From a virus (lineage: Duplodnaviria; Caudoviricetes), in IMG/VR virus record IMGVR_UViG_3300046508_000002, positions 1 to 50,953 of that record: a stretch of DNA of 50,953 nucleotides. The stretch is one strand, 5' to 3'. Position 1 is the stretch's first letter; the number at the start of each line of letters is the position of its first letter. Shown piece after piece: positions 46,868 through 50,953 of the stretch. The position numbers were made by a program, and so were the translations under genes. Below the pieces are notes generated by a model. That model saw nothing but the letters and a program-made list of their open reading frames with translations. It made no database searches and was not told the DNA's origin.

Positions 46868-49005
46868 TGGCAGACGATCTTACTGATGCGCCGTGGGTAA
46901 GTGAAAGCTTGCCTGATGCGCCGTGGGTTGCACCAGCAACGCCCCAGGATCAGCCATCGGCACTTGCCAAGGCTGCAGAGCCTATAACCAGCTATCCTGA
47001 AACATATTCTAAGATGAACCGCGAGGCTCAAGAGCAGGTAGGCCGGGGCGTCGGACAACTGTCAAATCCTGAAAGTGGATGGGATGTTGCAAAAGGAGCT
47101 GGCAATGTTGCTCTCGGTAGTCTTGGTTATGCGATGTCTCCTATCAGTGCTGGATTGCGTACCGTGGTTGGCAAACCAGTCGAAGAAAACACCGGCATCC
47201 CAAAGGAATATTCTGAATTTGCTGCATCGCTGGCATTGCCTGGACTGGGATTAACCAGAGTTCCTGGTGCTGCTGCAATACCAAAGATACCGCCGCGTGG
47301 TCCTCTTGGCGTAACTCTTTCTGAGGGCCAGGCTACTGGCGATCTGCCTTTAATTCAACGTGAGCAAGCTGCGTTGCGCGGACAAAGCGGAACACCAGCA
47401 CAAGCACGCGCACAGGAATTTGCTAATCAGCAGGCTACTCAATTAGGAGCGGCGAAAGAAGATATTTCTCGCGGCTTCGATCAGTTTGGGAATGTTATTG
47501 CAGAAACACCGCAAGAAGGTGCCGAGATTGCTTCTAAAGGATTTAGGTCTGCGGCAACGTCAGCGAAAGCTGGTGTTACTACTGCATATAAAACGGCCAG
47601 AGAACTTCCTGGTGAGATCAATTCTAGTGCATTTACGGATATTGTTCCAACAATACAAAAAACTTTATCAGATTTACCCCAACCTGTAATTGTGAATGAG
47701 TTAACGCCTTGGGCGTCCAAGGCTGTTGATTTTCTCAAAGACAAGGTTTCTAATTTACAACTTACCAATAAAGTGGCCTATCCAACTGGCGTTGTTCCGG
47801 CTGGAGAAGAAGTGAGTACGGGCGGCGTTAATCTCAATGGAATTGATCAATGGCGCAAACAATTAAGCGCCATGCGAAGAAATTCTTTTAATCCGCAAGA
47901 CATGTCAGATTATCGGGCGACAAGTGCAATCTTAGATGCCTTTGATACTCATATTGATCAGGCAGTTAATAGTGGAATGTTTCGTGGTGATCCACGGGCA
48001 GTTAGTGCATGGAACGATGCTCGCGCCGCATTTTCAGATTACAAATCTACATTTGGTAAGCAACCGAACGATCCTGTCGGGCGCGTAGTCCAGAAAGTTT
48101 TAGGTGATAAAGTCAATGACGCTGCCTCAGCTAATGCTGTTGCGGATCACTTATTTGGTTCTTCAGGAACAAATCCAAGCGATCTCAACCGTGGTGTCGC
48201 ACAGCGTTTCAAAACAGTTCTTGGTGAAACTTCACCCGAATGGGCCGCAGTTAAACAAGGTCTATTTTCCCGCCTGACTGAACCAGGAGCGGACCTTGCG
48301 GAGTGGGGGCCAAAGAAAACATCTGACAAGATTAACAGGTTTTTGAATATCGACGGCAAGGAAATGGCTTCTGTCGTTTATTCGCCGGAAGAACGTCAGG
48401 CTATTCAATCATACGCTGACTTACTTCGTAAATTAGAGGTTCCGCAGGCTGGCGCAAATTGGTCAAATACTGGAACGGCTAAAATATTCCAGAAGATTGG
48501 TAGCAATGTTGGAATGGTTGTTGGGGCGGTTATAGGGTCGGGTGCTGGCCACGCTATAGGAATGCCGCCGCTTGTTGGCGAAGCGGCTGGTGCGGCTCTC
48601 GCCAAGGGATCGCAGGCGTTAGCCAATGCTCGTGAGGCAAGGATTATTTCTCAACAAATGCCACTACTTTCTACTCAGATGCAGAATTGGGGTAAGGCAT
48701 ATATTAGAAGTCAGGCTGCACCAACTCCAGCGGGACAGAAAATGTTAGCAGGGGCGACTGTAACGCTCGATAGCACGCTGCGAAAGTTTGGCATATCGTT
48801 TAGTGATATCACGCATGGAACCGTGCCAGCCGCCGCAGAGCCAGAGCAGAATAAAAGATTCGGGGGGCGAACCAATAAGCCAAATCAAAATGCAAATGGC
48901 AAGTCGCATAACCCTCCTATGCCCGGCGCGCGTAGGGCTCCAGACGGAAAATACTACCTACCCGACAAGGCGCGGCCGGGCAAGTTCTTACGCATCGACG
49001 CATGA
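46867..49005 (+). CDS. Internal virion / DNA ejection protein
   Basis: TAATG-coupled start MADDLTDAPW; helical Ala-rich; follows the first ejection gene. Confidence 0.7.
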   Translation: MADDLTDAPWVSESLPDAPWVAPATPQDQPSALAKAAEPITSYPETYSKMNREAQEQVGRGVGQLSNPESGWDVAKGAGNVALGSLGYAMSPISAGLRTVVGKPVEENTGIPKEYSEFAASLALPGLGLTRVPGAAAIPKIPPRGPLGVTLSEGQATGDLPLIQREQAALRGQSGTPAQARAQEFANQQATQLGAAKEDISRGFDQFGNVIAETPQEGAEIASKGFRSAATSAKAGVTTAYKTARELPGEINSSAFTDIVPTIQKTLSDLPQPVIVNELTPWASKAVDFLKDKVSNLQLTNKVAYPTGVVPAGEEVSTGGVNLNGIDQWRKQLSAMRRNSFNPQDMSDYRATSAILDAFDTHIDQAVNSGMFRGDPRAVSAWNDARAAFSDYKSTFGKQPNDPVGRVVQKVLGDKVNDAASANAVADHLFGSSGTNPSDLNRGVAQRFKTVLGETSPEWAAVKQGLFSRLTEPGADLAEWGPKKTSDKINRFLNIDGKEMASVVYSPEERQAIQSYADLLRKLEVPQAGANWSNTGTAKIFQKIGSNVGMVVGAVIGSGAGHAIGMPPLVGEAAGAALAKGSQALANAREARIISQQMPLLSTQMQNWGKAYIRSQAAPTPAGQKMLAGATVTLDSTLRKFGISFSDITHGTVPAAAEPEQNKRFGGRTNKPNQNANGKSHNPPMPGARRAPDGKYYLPDKARPGKFLRIDA

Positions 49006-50953
49006 AACTTACACCTGTAGACCATAACCCATTTGCCAACCCTGCTCTTGATATAGCGCGACGGGTGAGGCGTGCCGAGGGTGGAGGACTACAACGAACG
49101 GCACCATTTCCTGAAAAGCCGGAAGGATATGAATTCTACGGGCCTAACGATAATCCTGTAGCAGATCAGCCTGTGACGCAAGATGCGGCTGCTGAAATTC
49201 CATCCTATGAAGCGCCTCCACAGGATGCTGGGCCAGTTGCGGGTTTCCTTAACAGTCTTGCTGCGCCATCGAAGTACCAGATGGAACCTGGATTGCAAAA
49301 TGTCCAGATGGACTCTCAGGAAACTCCTGAAGGCTATGCCGTTAATGATGCTGGGGAGACATTCAATAAATCCACTGGCGAGGTAATGCCGCAGACTAGG
49401 CGACCGGGATTATTGCCGATCACGATGGACCCGGAAGGCAAGCCTGAATTTGCCATGCCTAAGATTGCCGACATTGCGAGCAACATTATAGGTGGCAATG
49501 TTCCGGGCGGTGGAATGGTTTTGGGATCAGGATTTGCGCGAGCGGCTAAGGCTGCTGCACCTGTGCCGAATGAACTAGGTTTTTACTCAGCCGTTGAACA
49601 TGCGGTTAATACCGTAGGACCGGCGAAGGCTTCGCCTGAGCAATGGCTAGGCACAATTAAAAATACTCCCGGCGTAAAGCAGGAAGAACTGCAATGGACA
49701 GGCTTGGAGGATTGGCTGAAGCAACAGAAAGGCCCTGTGACCAAGGATCAGGTGCAGGATTACATTAAAAACAATCAGATTGAATTGCAGACTGTGCAAA
49801 AAGGTGCCGCTGATCCTGTTGCGGCGAAGGCAGCTTCTGATCGCGAAACACAGGCAAGGGAAGAATTTGATGCTTATGCGAAACCGCTTGCTGAAAAGTA
49901 CGACCTTAATCAAGAGCAAAATCTAGCGATGTACGGTACTATGAAGAGAATGGAACCGGCAGAAGTTTCTCGCTATGAAGAATTGCAACATAATTGGATT
50001 GAAGCGAAAGACGCAATCCAAAAGCCAGATACCAAATTCGGCTCCTACATAAAGAACAAAGGCGAGAACTATGGCGAGACGCTGCTGACGATGCCACCAA
50101 AGATTGAGGATGCGGTTGGTCTCACCATGAATGATATAGCCAAGCGCCTCGGCTATAACGGATGGACTTCAAGCCTGACGGAAGCACAGAAGGCAGCAGT
50201 CGAAAAGGTCTTTGCGTCGCAGAAAATGGGTCCGACTCAATTCAATGCTCGCATGGATGCTATCCAAGAAGAAATGAGGATGATGGCGAGCGGCCCAAAT
50301 CGTGATCCGATTACAAACAAAATTATAGATGAGTCGCGATGGCATGTTCTGGCTAACGAGCGCGATGCACTGCAAGCTGCGCATGATGCTTCTGGCGAAG
50401 GTCAATTCGAGTCTGGCCACTGGGACGAACCCAACGTCCTAGCCAACGTCCTGCATAGCGACCGTATGATAGGCGACAAGAAATATCTGCAAGTGCATGA
50501 GGTGCAGAGCGATTGGCACCAAAAGGGGCAGGCGCAGGGGTATAAAGGAACAGGCCGCGATGCCGCGATAATTGATCGAGAAATAGATGCAAATCGCGCT
50601 GAATTGCAACGCCGGGAACTGTATAATAATAGTTTCGACTTGGCAATCGATTGGCAAGATGCATGGGATAAACATCCAGACCTTTATGCACGTGAACAAG
50701 AACTTTACAGAGAACGCGGTAAACTAGGTGGGAGTGCCGTACCCGACGCCCCATTCAAATCCACATGGCACGAACTCGCCATGAAACGTATGATGAAATA
50801 CGCCAGTGATAATAACTACGATGGCATATTGGTGGACAAAGGATCAACCGTTGCGGATCGATATGATTTGAGCAGGCAGATCAGCGCCATCCACTATGAA
50901 CGAACCGGCGAAGGCAAATACGAAATTGAAGCATACGACAAATCAGACCGGAA
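49002..50953 (+). CDS. Large polyvalent-type internal virion protein (partial, runs off right edge)
   Basis: Not in the track because there is no stop. ATGA-coupled MKLTPVDHNPF..., GFYSAVE...PEQWL...GVKQEEL.WTGL..WL, SGHWDEPNVL...EVQSDWHQKG, VPDAPFKSTWHELAMKR. The frame was spot-checked at 49561 and 50401. Confidence 0.75.
   Translation, partial: MKLTPVDHNPFANPALDIARRVRRAEGGGLQRTAPFPEKPEGYEFYGPNDNPVADQPVTQDAAAEIPSYEAPPQDAGPVAGFLNSLAAPSKYQMEPGLQNVQMDSQETPEGYAVNDAGETFNKSTGEVMPQTRRPGLLPITMDPEGKPEFAMPKIADIASNIIGGNVPGGGMVLGSGFARAAKAAAPVPNELGFYSAVEHAVNTVGPAKASPEQWLGTIKNTPGVKQEELQWTGLEDWLKQQKGPVTKDQVQDYIKNNQIELQTVQKGAADPVAAKAASDRETQAREEFDAYAKPLAEKYDLNQEQNLAMYGTMKRMEPAEVSRYEELQHNWIEAKDAIQKPDTKFGSYIKNKGENYGETLLTMPPKIEDAVGLTMNDIAKRLGYNGWTSSLTEAQKAAVEKVFASQKMGPTQFNARMDAIQEEMRMMASGPNRDPITNKIIDESRWHVLANERDALQAAHDASGEGQFESGHWDEPNVLANVLHSDRMIGDKKYLQVHEVQSDWHQKGQAQGYKGTGRDAAIIDREIDANRAELQRRELYNNSFDLAIDWQDAWDKHPDLYAREQELYRERGKLGGSAVPDAPFKSTWHELAMKRMMKYASDNNYDGILVDKGSTVADRYDLSRQISAIHYERTGEGKYEIEAYDKSDR

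Overview
The whole window is a contiguous segment of a tailed dsDNA phage genome (podovirus-like, P22/HTVC010P-style virion module) whose host is most likely an alphaproteobacterium: it encodes a GcrA homolog and has a CtrA-type box at the early promoter. From left to right: a few leftward early genes; a divergent promoter with a Cro-like gene; HNH, GcrA-like, DnaA-C-terminal-like and replication genes; terminase small and large subunits; portal; GroES-like co-chaperonin; scaffold; an 8-gene nucleotide-sugar/glycosylation cluster; capsid genes; Gly-rich and Thr-rich fibre proteins; adaptor, nozzle and collar proteins; a GNAT-like gene; and large ejection/polyvalent proteins running off the right edge. 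No integrase, CI repressor or lysis genes were recognised. The most unusual signals read directly from the sequence are: (1) three late genes, including the major capsid gene, appear to start at ATT (AUU) in an identical TAGGAGG-N5-ATT context; (2) a signal-peptide-bearing fibre-like protein ends in a hard-coded ssrA/tmRNA-like tag (AANDNSSAFMDQAA); (3) a 443-bp transposase-less cassette with 26-bp inverted repeats and an 8-bp target duplication carries one passenger gene into a dead HNH gene; (4) a heptose/radical-SAM/ThDP sugar pathway sits inside the head operon; (5) a recurring basic-x-x-GG motif is shared by at least seven probable internal head or ejection proteins. Family assignments come from motif recognition by eye, not from database searches.
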